Assembly (NCBI GenBank): GCA_973895155.1
Contig: OZ316898.1
Location: 3,162,480 to 3,226,479, forward strand
Direction of reading: 5' to 3'
Source: Marsupella aquatica
Taxonomy: Eukaryota; Plantae; Marchantiophyta
DNA length: 64,000 nucleotides
In this document: one piece after another, positions 13,343 through 27,200 of the stretch
How positions within the stretch are numbered: the first letter of the stretch is position 1
Layout of the letters: each line of letters starts with the position of its first letter
Position numbers and translations under genes: made by a program
Notes under the pieces: model-generated
What the model was told of the DNA's origin: nothing
The model's input: the letters and a program-made list of their open reading frames with translations, nothing else
The model's database searches: none

Positions 13343-16300
13343 CTACACAGCTAAGCTCCCGTACTGTTTGTTCCAGTCTTCGTACATTCCAAGTTCATCT
13401 CGAGAGACAGATGATCTCACTTGTTGCAAAGCAGACACGAAATCCTGTATTGGAAGAGAACAAAGATGCGCTGGTCAGATTCCAGTCTGTAATTTTGACC
13501 TTATCTCCAATCATTAGTAGGAATTAAGTAGCATAGCTTGGTGCAGCAGGTTAGTGATTTAATCTTCATATTGAGGATTCTCACCTGGAGACTAATTGGT
13601 CTCATGTCGTCGTTTCTAATGTCATTTATGTGCTTGCCGTTCATCAATGCCTCACGCAGTGGCCCCATGGATGCCTCTTTAACCAAGTTCTTCATATCCG
13701 AACCAGAGTATCCTGCACACCGTTTTGCGGGACGCAGTGCATCATTGTCAAAAACTATTGATGAGGAAAAATATGCAGAGCTATGAAGAATCTGTTCGAC
13801 ATTTCTGTGTGACAACTCGTTATTCGATAGGAAACAGAAACGGAGACAACCATAAGTCTCCCATCCAGGGTCATAGAGACCGGCCCAAGCATTTCCTTCT
13901 GCCCTTGACTGCCTCCTATTTTGAAAGAGATATTCTATTTCATGAATCGATCATCAAATATGGGCTCAGATGAATTCTATCCTATGTGCAGATTCGTATC
14001 TGATCAACTATACAATACTAAAAACATTTATTTGGAAATAGGAAGGAATTCGTAGATAGATTTTAAAAACGTTTTTTCTGCGAGTAAGGATTGCATAATT
14101 TCCAATTGTAAGGCAAGCATCAACTGATGATCCAAGAATTTTACCATCTGTAAAAGTACATATTTCATCAATTTCTTCATCCGATAGTGAGAGAAGCCCA
14201 TCTTTGCCCAAAAGGTTTTGCACTATCCATGACCTTGCCGCTGCAGACACACGCGAAAGTTAGACTTGGCTTTATTTTTCAACTATGGCAGCACTACCGT
14301 GACCACAAATAAAATGAAACGCATCAAAAGCTTCATTTGGAAGATAGCAGAAGCAGAGCACCAGAAGAAGGCAACGGTATATAAAGACGCTTGGAGAGTC
14401 GCCTTCTTGCTGCTTCATCCAGTTCTTGGGGTCTATTTGTAGCCCCTGAGAACACACAGTGCAACAGTTACAACCTTGGACCAACGTGATGCTCGCGTTT
14501 TCTTAGTCTCACAAAGTCTTCCTCTTACACAGAAACGCGCTGATCGTCAAAGTGATGCTTAGATTTAAATCAACAAACCTATAACGAGGACTTGCTCAGT
14601 GCCCGTTCCACATCCCTCCATCTCAACAAGAAATTGGGTTTTGATTTTTCGACTGCACTCATTCTCCCCCTCGGATTTACGCTGCACGAAGTATCCAAAT
14701 CTTGAGGATCCATGAAAAGCAATAATGTGCCAAGACATTTGAAAGCAAGCTAGTTTGCTATTTCTAGAACTATGGTCGCAACAGGATCGCTAACAATCTC
14801 CCGCTCACCTGAGATAACAGGGAATCGACTTCATCTATAAAAATTACAGCTGGTTGTCGACAAGCTGCAACTCCGAACAATGCTCTTACTAATTTCTCCG
14901 CCTCCCCCATCTGTTCATATGAACAGATTTCTAAGCTTAACCACTGTGCAGAGTGTAGTAGAAAATAATCCTGGTGACCTCTTACGAAATGACGAAATGA
15001 CATGAAGGTAGAAGGAACATCAAACTTGTACTGCAAGAAGGGCAAATCCTGGTATACAAAGTCCCTTTATCATGACCTTCGAATAGAGGGCCGATGCTAA
15101 CTGTCTGCGACTAAAAGAGACGGGAAGCATGCTCAGGAAACAAAATTATTATCCCGACTAAGTGAACATCTTGAATGCTGGAAGGTATAACTCACCCATT
15201 TGCTCATGATAGAGCTAGCTGATATGGAAAAGAAAGTTGCCCTTGCTTCTCCTGCAATAGCTTTCCCAATCATTGTCTTCCCAGTACCCTGCAGACCAAA
15301 GAAAGACCTGAGAACAGTTGCACTAGTGGTACATATCACCTGAACAGTTCCTAAAACCAACTGAGATCTGAGACAATTCCCGCAAATTATGCAAGCACTG
15401 GCATTACACAAAAGCAGGTTCTAATAGAAAGGGATAATCAGGACAGAACAACTGCTCGAAGTGAATTTCACTCACAGGAGGTCCAAACAATAGAAGACCC
15501 TTCGCAGGAGCCCGACAACCTTGGAAGATGTCAGGACGCAAGAGAGGCCAGATGACCATCTCTGTGACACACTTTTTCGCATGCTCAAGTCCAGCTGCAA
15601 GCAACCAAACAATCCTAGGAATTAAATCCGAGATGCCTTAGGAACGTATGTAAAGGACATCAAACCGCAGAGGAATGGAATTTTATGCGGGAAGTCTTTG
15701 CACATACCAATGTCATCCCAACGCACCATAGGATCTCGTTCCATAATTTCATTTGTGATATGTTCTAAGAGTTTGGGCTCAATATTACGAAGTCGATCCG
15801 GTAGCTCTCCGTCAGGCCCAGAAAGCATCTCCAGACTGCAGCCGTGACCGAGACATTTGTATTAGTGAAAGATTTTCAGAAGGCAGTTCAAAGGACACTC
15901 ATAGCCAAAAAAACTGCAACGATATGAAACCTATTGCTCTAACAAGGATGAATTTCTAACCATCGTCGTGTAGACTCGTCGGCTTTATTGTCTGGGTTGT
16001 CTTCAAATCGTGATGTTCCAGAGTTGACCTTACTACTCCTAAAAGGAGGTCTAAATGCACCTCTTGGTCCACGAGGCCGCATTCCTAATGTCTTATTCCC
16101 ATAATTGACCGGGTTAGTCTTTACCGCTTGGGGCGGATTTCCCTTGTTCTTGTTTGCTTCCTGTATGGCCTGGTAGAAAGACATTCAATTTGCTCATCAT
16201 AAAGGTGAAATGCCGCAAAGATTCTTCTACTTGGCCCTCCCATACAACAACAAGAGGAAAGAACGCAATAACCCCTAAAACGCTCGTGGGGAAGCAATGC

Positions 16301-18069
16301 AGGAAACACTAAGACCCCAAGTCTCTGAAGTAAATGTATTCCGAACGAACTCCACTTGGGTGCACAGTCACAAGAATCCCAATATCGGGGCACATGCACG
16401 AGCTTAGAGTTGTATGAAGTAAAACTTTAAGGGAAGGTGTCCAAAGGGATGCTTTTACCCACCAATTGCTGTCTAGCAGTGATAAAACTCGTGGGAAGCT
16501 CCTGCACATCATCATCGCTTATATCGTCATGTTCAGGCTTTGTCTGTCGCCGGTTCTTGTTGAAGTAAGGATTATGACTTCGTCTGCCCCTGTCCTCGTC
16601 ACCATCGCTGTCACCTCTGGTAGCTGGCCTTCCATTGCTCTGAGATCTCCTTCGATAACCACGTTCACTATCATCCTCACTCTCAGGCTTCAGCCTCTTC
16701 TGGGGTGGCTGATCAAAGTCTAAAAATGGCCCTCGTTTTCCATTCAACTGGTCATCTAGGTTGGGCGAAGGACAAGCATTCACAGCAGGCAATGATCGAG
16801 AGCTGCTGGCTTTTCTGTTGGAATACTGAAGACCTGAAGAGCCTGTCCCCGTAGCAGGTGGCCTGAATTTTTCACCAGGGTTCGTGCGTGAACCAGTGTA
16901 AAGACTAGTCAGCTTTGATTGGCACAAAGAACGGCCAGATGTGGACTCGTTTCTCTCCACCAATGTAGGATGGTCTACTTTTGAAGCTGGGGTTCGTTCC
17001 CTTAACGATGTTGAGGGCTCTGATTGCACAGTAGGTCCTATTCTCATTGAACTTGGCTCCTGTACAAAACCATTCGTACCAGAAATCACTACTCCATGAG
17101 ATCTCATTAACACTAAAAGCAGCAACAGCAAGCTGCTGCTCGTCGAACCAAGCGCTTGAATTGGGGACAACTGTCCTGATGCATTGTATCCATTACACGA
17201 AGGAGTACCCTACAGTGGTGAGACAGGAACTGAGAAAGACTTACCGATTCTTTCTGCAGTGTTCCCGTGGGGGGAAAAACGTTGCTTAAATATTTTGATC
17301 TTTTCAATCTATCACAGTCGGTTGGCCGGCCCTTAGGGAATTGAAAACTGGTAGAACAGTTTGCTAGCTCCAGAACTTCTCTGGTTGACAAATGCAAAAA
17401 GAAATCAGAAAATCCAGAGCAATAGAGAATACTGACTCGCGGTGAAGAAGAAAAATCCAGTGGCAAGAAATGACGAAATTTTTCACAAATCTCCTTTTAC
17501 CCTAGTTTCAAAAGCATTGTGGTTCGTTTTGCATATACTATATCAAAAGGTACAACTGTCTAGCACGACGACGAGTCCAAGCTAAGACGCCCTCGAAGCC
17601 CCAAATAGACCTATCCACACACCCATCTCTGCTTTATGCCTCGGAGTCCCATGACGCAATGGCATGAAGGATATGACCAGAGTGAGCCGTTAGGAAGATA
17701 CAGACAGTTCTATCCTTCGAAAGATTGTGGATATTGTTTCCTGTTTGAGATCCTAATGCCCACTCAAACCTTCTGAGATTCAATCGAGCGGGAATTGTGA
17801 ATTAACCTGTCCGACTGAGTTGCTCGACATGTGGAGGAAATATTATCATGGACTTGCAGTAAGATCTTTTGGATGTACACCTCGTCTTCCGGAGTTTTGA
17901 CTTCGCTAGCAAGAAACCCAGCCAAGCGCAACCCCAGGCCCAGGGAGGTTTCCTGATCCTCAGTGGCTAATGCAACATCCGTTCCGAATAGGAGGGAATG
18001 AAATCTGCCGAGCTTAGCTCTCTGATCTGAGACTTCAGCGGGATCCTTCATGGCGTGCGCCGCAACCAT
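13343..18069 (-). CDS. FIGL1: Fidgetin-like 1 AAA ATPase (meiotic anti-crossover factor), multi-exon
   Basis: Plant FIGL1-type N-terminus ([10 protein letters not shown]...LGLRLAGFL) and [12 protein letters not shown] core: [30 protein letters not shown], Walker A GPPGTGKT, Walker [47 protein letters not shown]. Vps4-C-type end [17 protein letters not shown]. Confidence 0.93.
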
Positions 18070-20180
18070 TATAACAGCCAGGGTTTAGCTGCGCTCAATG
18101 CTCCACCCACTTCCTCCTCATGATCAAAGCAATTGATTGGACATGGAAAACTCAGCTGTCCATTATCGAATCAAACTCTCAAGTGCTACGGGAGACACCT
18201 TCTAATCTTCCACACGCCCAATTTCATGAATCGATGCGACTGAGAACCTCGGATAGCATCCACAATACCAATAAGCTCTAACGAGATGCTTCCAGAGAAT
18301 CGTTCCAAATCGCTTCAAGCGGTCGTTTAAGCTCTGGTAGCAGCTCGAACTTCTCTTCTGTCAGTGCGGATTGACAAGATGGAAACAAGTAGTCAGAAGA
18401 TTGTTCACTGAGATTCACAAATCAATCAAGTCGAATATGTAAGGCAAGCAGCTACAAATCGTTCTAAAAGCAAATTCAAAGCAGTCACATAATTTGATAA
18501 ATCGATTGAGAATGATTTCGATTTAGCTTTTAATATTTTAGAAACTCTGCCTCGTGATTTTGCTCACTCTCTATTTTCGTTAGCATCCCTCTCAGCTCGG
18601 TAGTGACAACAAGCGAACCGAGAGAAAGAAAATTAAAAAACAGAAATCGTCGAAACAAGTGCTCCGAGACCATACGGACTACTTCGAATCAAAACTCACC
18701 AACTCCTCGACGCCAATATAAACCCGACAGCTCCCTAAAACCCTCTCAAAGGCCCTAAAGTGCAAATCATTCCGACAAAACACGTCTCCAAACGGGATAT
18801 GATCGCAAATGACCGACGCAATCCGATCTCCCAAACAGACTCCAACGAGATCATCTACTGCACATCCAAACAAATCCATAGCAGCTCTCACTCACCATCA
18901 TAATGTCCTCATTCACTTCTCGTTGTGAAGTTTTGTGATTGCACAAATCAGAGAGCCATTAAAAAGCCATCGAAAGGCCGTCAAAAAGGTCGAACAGGAC
19001 TGAAACAATAATCGGACCGTGAGAGCTGAGCGAGCCGATACAGAGTGAGAAAGGGGACGGGTGGATTCGAGAGTGAGACAGCATTGATTGAATTGGATTT
19101 GGAGAGAGTACAGAAACGCGACCTATCGATCGATCGATGGAAATGGACTAATGGAGTGCGGAGATTCTTCGCTGCATTCAAACACTGTAAAATGAGGAAT
19201 GACGGATTTCAGATGGCGGGAAGGAAGGAAGGAAGGAAGGGAACCCAAGGGGGCCCACTGTGGTGACCTGAGGCCAAACGGTAACCATGGTACGATCGGT
19301 ATCCCCTTTGTTTTCCTCCTGTTTTCGGGCAAGGACCCGTCTGGCGCATATCCTGGACTTAACAGGACCCCTATGTGAAAAAAAGACTTAACAGGACCCT
19401 GTGACTAATTTACAAGGATTGACAATATATGCATATCCCGCGCCATTGCCCTTCACTAGAACTAATATAATTACAATTAAAAGAGCCTTACCAGCTGTGA
19501 AGCAGACGCTGCCTGCATGGTAGTCGAGCAGCCATGGGCCCAACAGGGCAGGGGTTTGAAGCCCGCCTGGCACAGTTCTCTTTTGTAACAAACCCCACCC
19601 AAAAGTGGGTTCATTCATCAACTTTGACACTTAGAAAAAATTTACGTCCACATTCTTTCGCGGGCAGCCAACAGGGATGGTCGCGGGCAGGGAGCGTGCG
19701 AGGCTCATTAATGAGCCTCAATATTGTCATTCGCGCTGTGACTACCTATTTTGCTCAGATCTTGATGGCATTTTAGTCACTTCCCTTAAAACCAATAATT
19801 ATTTTATTGTTTGGCGTATGTGATGTGTGGATTCTATGGAAATGAAACACCCGAGAATGAATGCTTCTAGGACCTGAACCTTGCACTTCAATAGCCCCCC
19901 ACTCTACTTGTCTACCATAATTGATCCAGGATTTGGTGGACTCAACAGCATGCCCATGAACATCCAGCAAACAAGTAGTTGACATCGAGACATCGACTGC
20001 CCATTAAATGTTTTTTCTTTGCATGCCTTGAAACCAAAAGCTGACCCATCCAAGAGAGGATAGATGATCAACTCCGTAGCATGCATCTTTGTAGGGTAGC
20101 CCACAAGGGGGGTTATACCCAGGACCAGGAGAGAGAGAGGGTTGAACCAGAGCCCAAAGCCAACCGGCCAAGGCTGACGA

Positions 20181-20550
20181 GAAACCAATACTCCCACCAC
20201 TACACCCCACCCACACTCACATTCACCCTCCACAACCCTTGTATGTGGAGGGGGCAATTGAACCAATACTCCCACCATTACACCCCACCCGCACTCACAT
20301 TCACCCTCCATAACCCTTGTATGTGGAGGGGGACCATTACACCCCACCCACACTCACATTCACCCACCATAACCCTTGTATGTGGAGGGGGGGAACTCCC
20401 ACCATTACACCCGACCCACACTCACATTCACCCTCCATAACCCTTGTATGTGGAGGGGGGAATTGGCTGAGGAGAAACCAATTCTCCCACCACTACACCC
20501 CACCCACACACACTCACTCACCGTTCACAACCCTTTTAAGTGCAGGAGGG
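20181..20550. repeat. C-rich minisatellite, ~60-78-bp unit, ~5 copies
   Basis: CTCCCACCAYTACACCCCACCCRCACTCACATTCACCCTCCAYAACCCTTGTATGTGGAGGGGG repeats tandemly 0.7-1.0 kb upstream of the + strand NLR. Confidence 0.9.
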
Positions 20551-21242
20551 GGATTGACTCTCTCTTGGAGATGCTCTGTGTGTCATCTACTTGAAGACCT
20601 TCTGATCTTTCTACTAAGTGATACCTTATACCTTATGCTCGTGTTTATGTTTACAGAAGCATGATTGGTGAGCGCGAGTTGGGTGATCGTCACGGCGTGG
20701 AGGACAGGATGTATTGAAAGGGCTTCTGCGCCAACAGATGTCTATGTTTACTTCCTCAGCGTTACGACACTGTCTTCCTTTGGCCAGCAATGTCAGCGTG
20801 GGAGGGGAGGCGAGCCTAGCGGCACTTGCTTTTCGTCCTTGAGGTTCGTATTTTCATTTTTGCTTAGCTTCCCAGTGCGCACTTTCATGTTTGCTCAGTT
20901 TTTCCTTTTAGTGGATGAAGTGCGGGACGGGTCTGAAGTTGCTCACTCTGACTCACATTTGGTCCACACGCTATTCTCCGAGCTAGCTTTCTTTTCTCCT
21001 TGCATCCTGAGTGTGTCCTATCGATCTGCATACTTTTGAGTGGAAGCTCCTGAACAACATTCTAGTGTACATTTTAATGGAAGAATTCAAAACTTCAGGG
21101 ATTTCAGGTTCCTTCATGACGATGTGGGATCTGACTGGTTGACTCATTCTGACTGGGGCTACTGCAGGTTTCGAATTCGAAAGGGCCGGCTCCTGAAGGC
21201 AGGATACGATCTTGAACTTTATTCGTCCTGCTCAAGTTAGTC

Positions 21243-24200
21243 ATGGGTCTTTTAAATTGGGTTATCGGACTCATAGCGATATGTGCTCCAAAGGCTGGTG
21301 GCCAAAGAGAAGGCAACCGAGCTCTCCATGGCTGTCTTGGTGGGACTGATAGTATTCCGTCGTCGAAGCACACTCCTTGGTTGGAATCGTGGTCAGGGCG
21401 AGTCTTCACGGCTCAAACTGGCTGCTCGGAAGGTAATCTATTCAAATGGTCCTTGATTGCAAATTGTTCAGTCTTTCAATACCTAACTTTTAAACCTAGA
21501 CAAGATAAATCGTGAGATTGAAGAGAAATCATTGCTGCTACGATATCATGTGAACTTGTTTTGGCGTTCTGTTCAAACTAGATCAAATAGAAAGATGACC
21601 AGTGAACGATAATTTCGCTTTTGTGCTTTGGTTGTCTCAGGTGAATGACTCCTTATATGAGCTTTACAAACCTGAGGGTTATCCCGCGATGCAAGTATTA
21701 TTCTTTCACGGGCTTCCATTTGGGGATTGCTCAGAAGCACACCTATCAACCTGGACGAGTGCGGACGGATCTTGCATTTGGCCAAAGGTGTGGTTGACGG
21801 AGGAGTTCCCTCGTGCTCACATCCTGGTTGTCTCTTACGGTGAAGGCCTCAGAGAAGGTTCTGCTGAAAGCTTTGACACGCGCATCATTGTTGAAAACTT
21901 GATCAAAGATCTGATGGAGGCGAACATTGGTCAAGCCCCTCACTGCCCAGTGGTCTTGGTGGGCCACTCTTTTGGGGGTTTGGTCATCAAAGAGATATGC
22001 CTAGAAGTGGAAACTCTAATTTCCCGCCGGATTTCCGACCGGCAAATTTTCAGGGTTAGGAATTTTTTTGATAACTTGAGAGGGTTATTTTATTACAGTA
22101 CTCCTCATCACGGCAGTCCTCAGATAGGAGGAGCACGTAGGGTCTTGAGCGGCCCTTTGTTTAAGTACTTCACAGCATTAAGTACTAAGGCGGGCCAGTT
22201 AAATTACGAATTCAATCGTTTGTGCGACGCTTACCCTAAGTGGCAAATCGACGGATTGGGGGAGCTCCTGCCTGTAGAAACGGTACAGTTGCAGTTACTA
22301 CCTCTTCTATGACATAGTAGCAATGACATAGTCATGGATTTTGCCATTCGTTTGACGGATCTATTGCACGCTGCGCACTGGTTGCTGGATGAGCTTAAAC
22401 TCAGAAGTTTCCGAACGAGCACTACTGTCATGGCTTTGAGTTTATTCAGCTCATTTTGATGAATGCCAAAGAGACCGGTAGTTTACGTACATGTTAGCAT
22501 AGTCTCAAGTATCGAACTGTTATTGAGTACAAGGCTGACAATGTAGCGCCAAAAGGAATGCCTTGGTGTCTTTGTAGTTGCATCAAACTTACTTATTTCT
22601 TGCCGTTGGGCAGGGCCCATTCCGAGATATTGTTATCGTACCAGAAAAATCAGCCAGAGACGGGGATAAGTTTAAACTTGAACGTGCGGACCACTTCTCC
22701 GTGTGTAGACCAGAGGATAAAACCTCAGGAAGGTTCCGCGCTCTCGCAAGATTCCTTCGCGAGATTGTTGAAAATTCGGAGGTTGGCTAACTATGACCTT
22801 ATATTCAGAAGTTACTTCTATTGTCATTCTAAGTAACATGCAAAGTGTCTATATATGTAGTTGACAATCTGTTTCATGTCTCCTTGATTGAAAAATGGAA
22901 AAATCGTCGAAGACGAATTTAGGATTGCTTCTTTAATGAACCAGGTCCCACATTTGAGTACAGTGTTTTGTCCCTGTTTGTGAAGTTGATAAAGGGAATA
23001 TTGTGGAGGTGAAGAGGTTGTGCGGAAACAGGATGTACCAGTAAACCGCAACAGGAAAGAAATCTACCTTAAGAAACTGTGTATTTGCTATACTTACTAT
23101 ATTGGATTGATCTTTGCAGGCAATCGTGCATGGGCTCCCGGCTTTGGAGAGGAGTGTTTTTGAGGTTCAACAGAAGCTTACAGATACTCCAGTTCTAGGA
23201 ATAGTGGGTATGGGTGGAATAGGGAAAACCACCATCGCAAAAAAAGTATTTGAAAATATCTCTCCACAGTTTGAATACACGTGCTTTGTGGAAAACTACA
23301 GTCGAAACCCAATGCTCGCATTCAACGAAGGGATACTCAACCAATTTTTGAGGGCAGGCACTAGGTGTGACCGTAAGTCGGTACAATGGGAAGATCTTGA
23401 GAATACGAGCGTTCTGATAGTTATGGATGATGTTATCTCGCTCCCTGAACTCTTTATCCTGCGATTCAATAACTTTCGATATGATAGTCGAGTGATCATT
23501 ACAACGCGTGATCGGTCCGCCTTGGATTCTTTCCCAGAGTGTCCAATCTACGATGTTAATTTCCTCACCTTTGGCGAGGCGAAAAAGCTCTTTAACCAAA
23601 TGGTATTTGGGGTAGAAGAAATTCCGGACCATTTTCTGGAGATGAATCACTTGCAAGAAATAGGCGAAAAAGTGGTACTGATATGCAATGGCTTACCATT
23701 GACGCTGGAAGTAGTGGGGAGCTATCTTCGACGTCACAAGAGTAATGCCGAGGCCTGGGTGGAGACATTGTACAGGCTTGGGCTTGGGAACGCCCAGTCT
23801 GTTGGTGGACTTGCTAACGACGTAGTGTGGCAGTCATTGCGCCTGAGCTATGATTCTCTCACACTTGACGAGCAAGAAATGTTCATCGAAGCTGGGATTT
23901 ACTTTTTTGAGCAGCCGGTAGAAAGAGCCCTTGCAGCTTGGAGCACTGTTGATGGAAAAGCAGAATCGATTTGGGTCGGCTTGCTGAGGTCATCCATGGT
24001 GAAGGAAGTCTATAAGAGTGAATGGAATGATTCCTGGTTGAAGCACCGAAACTATAAGACTGTATGGATGCACGAGCAGATGCGTGATATGGCCAAGGCG
24101 CTGTCGAAAGGGGCAATGATATCAAGGTCTGTTGGAGACAGTTACAAATCAGTGGATCCTTTCAATGCAAATACGGTAAATACTGAACCAAAAACTGCGC

Positions 24201-27200
24201 GTCGGTAGTCTTGTATTGAGCAATTGAATGCAATCGCTGCCAGTACTTATCAATTTTCATGGAAGCGTTGATTCCCCATTTTGTTTTTCTTACGGGTTCT
24301 TATTTTAAGTTAGTCTTGTTAGGAACGTTTCAATTGGGATATGACAGCAATTTTATCGATGATTTATGTTCAGGAATCCAATCGCACGACAAATTATGTT
24401 GTCTTCTCCTCTGTTGTCGTCTGCATATGTAGCAAAAACCTTATTGCTTAAAGAAGGCTTATTCAGGATGTACATTGTCATTAGGTGGAAGGACAGACAA
24501 GAATTCTGCGGCTCGCCTACAATTCTGTCAGTTTTCCTGCGAATTACCCAAAGCTTCAGTTAGAACTGCTGGATAAGTTGGTGAACCTGAAGTATTTGGA
24601 ACTGGTTAATGTTGTGCCTGAGGGGACGAGCAAGAATTTACCAAGGAAGCTTTCCTTACTTAAGTGGAATTTGAAACGGGAAGGGGATATGTGGACTCAG
24701 ACCCCCCCAACCCTGCTTACTATTAGCCTGGCAGACATGCATTATTTGGCGGTCTTGGAACTCGAGTATTGGGAGATGCCGGACGAGATTCTTGAAGCAT
24801 TGGGGAAGCTCAGCAACCTGCGCATTTTATCACTTTCTCATATACGAGGGCCTGCCCGTCTCCCGGAAAATTTTGGTCATCTGTCACGGTTGAGGCGTTT
24901 TGAGTTGAAGAATGTGAGGTTAACGACGTTGCCGCATTCGTTTGGCAACCTCTCGGCCCTGGAATATTTCTCCTTACACGATACAGATGTTGCGGAGCTG
25001 CCTGAGTCTTTCGGGAATCTCTCCTCCCTGTCAACATTAGTTATTCGTGAGTGTCACACTCTTGCAAGTCTGCCCGCGAGTTTCGGGAATCTCTCCTCCC
25101 TGTCAACATTAGTTATTCGTGAGTGTCACACTCTTGCAAGTCTGCCCGCGAGTTTTGGGCTTCTTTCAACCTTAGAAGAACTTGAGTTGAATGAGTGTAC
25201 GTTCCTCAAGACGCTGCCGGAAAATTTTGGCCAACTGGAGGCTTTAGAGAGATTGATCATAGAAGGGGCTAAACATCTGAAAGCCCTACCTGATAGCTTT
25301 GGTAGATTATGTGCCCTCTCATATTTGCGTCTGAACAGCTGTCAGAGGCTTGAAAGATTGCCAGCGAGGTTCGGTGATCTCTCGGCCTTGCAAGAATTAG
25401 AGGTAATAGATTGTTGCCGATTGCGGAGATTGCCGGACAATTTCGACCTACTCGTCGGCCTTCAGAAGTTGATTATAAAGCGGGCCTATCAGCTAGAGAT
25501 GCTACCTGATGACTTTGGGAACTTAGCTTCTCTTACATATCTAAGTCTAAGAGGTTGTCGAAGTCTTGGAAGACTGCCTGAGAGTTTCTGTCTTCTATCT
25601 ACCCTGCAAGAACTGGCGTTGGAAGGGTTGGAGGAATTAAAGAGACTGCCGGGCAATTTCGGCCAACTCGGGCTCTTCAGAAATTGACCATATCGTCGGC
25701 CGTCAACCTGGAGGCTCTGCCTGAGAGTTTCTGTTTCTTGTTTGCTCTGCAGGAACTCCATCTGAAGCGTTGTGGACAATTGCAGAAGTTGCCAGATAAT
25801 TTCGGCGACCTCTCAAAGCTTAACAGGTTAAGCATAGATAGTGCTGAGCATCTTGAGACGCTATCCAATGGCTTTGGGAACTTAGCTTCTCTTACATATC
25901 TAAGTCTAAGAGGTTGTCGATGTCTTGGAAGACTGCCTGAGAGTTTCGGTCTTCTCTCAGCCCTGCAAGAACTGGAGTTGGAAGGGTTGGAGGAATTAAG
26001 GAGATTGCCGGGCAATTTCGGCTACCTCTCAGCTCTTCAGAAACTAACCATATCAGCGGCCGATAACCTGGAGGCTCTGCCTGAGAGTTTCTGTCTTTTG
26101 TCTGCGCTGCAAGAACTCCATCTGAAGCGTTGTGGACAATTGCAGAAATTGCCAGAAAATTTCAGCCACCTCTTAAACCTGAAGAGGTTAAGCATGGATA
26201 GTGCTGAGCATCTTGAGACGCTACCTGATGACTTTGGGAACTTATCTTCTCTTACATATCTAAGTCTAAGAGGTTGTCGATGTCTTGGAAGACTGCCTGA
26301 GAGTTTCGGTCTTCTCTCAGCCCTGCAAGAACTGGAGTTGGAAGGGTTGGAGGAATTAAGGAGATTGCCGGGCAATTTCGGCTACCTCTCAGCTCTTCAG
26401 AAACTAACCATATCAGCGGCCGATAACCTGGAGGCTCTGCCTGAGAGTTTCTGTCTTTTGTCTGCGCTGCAGGAACTCCATCTGAAGCGTTGTGGACAAT
26501 TGCAGAAATTGCCAGAAAATTTCAGCCACCTCTTAAACCTGAAGAGGTTAAGCATGGATAGTGCTGAGCATCTTGAGACGCTACCTGATGACTTTGGGAA
26601 CTTATCTTCTCTTACATATCTAAGTCTAAGAGGTTGTCGATGTCTTGGAAGACTGCCTGAGAGTTTCGGTCTTCTCTCAGCCCTGCAAGAACTGGAGTTG
26701 GAAGGGTTGGAGGAATTAAGGAGATTGCCGGGCAATTTCGGCTACCTCTCAGCTCTTCAGAAACTGACCATATCAGCGGCCGATAACCTGGAGGCTCTGC
26801 CTGAGAGTTTCTGTTTTTTGTTTGCTCTGCAGGAACTCCATCTGAAGCGTTGTGGACAATTGCAGAAGTTGCCAGATAATTTCGGCGACCTCTCAAAGCT
26901 GAACAGGTTAAGCATAGATAGTGCTGAGCATCTTGAGACGCTATCCGATGGCTTTGGGAACTTAGCTTCTCTTACATATCTCAGTCTAAGAGGTTGTCGA
27001 TGTCTTGGAAGACTGCCTGAGAGTTTCGGTCTCCTCTCTACCCTACAAGAACTGGAGTTGGAAGGGTTGGAGAAATTAAAGAGATTGCCGGGCAATTTCG
27101 GCCAACTCCTGGCCCTTGAGAAACTGACCATATCGTCAGCCGACAACCTTGAGGCTCTGCCTGAGCGTTTCTGTCTTTTGTCTGCTTTGCAAGAACTCCA

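Noticed and set aside
19904-20664. ORFs with repeated HHYTPP/GECECGWG peptides
   Set aside because: Translations of the minisatellite in several frames; no gene structure.
6190-22781. Functional link between the TMEM8/PGAP6-like gene and the PGAP1/SERAC1-like NLR hydrolases (both lipid-related)
   Set aside because: The folds are unrelated and FIGL1 lies between them; adjacency alone is not evidence.
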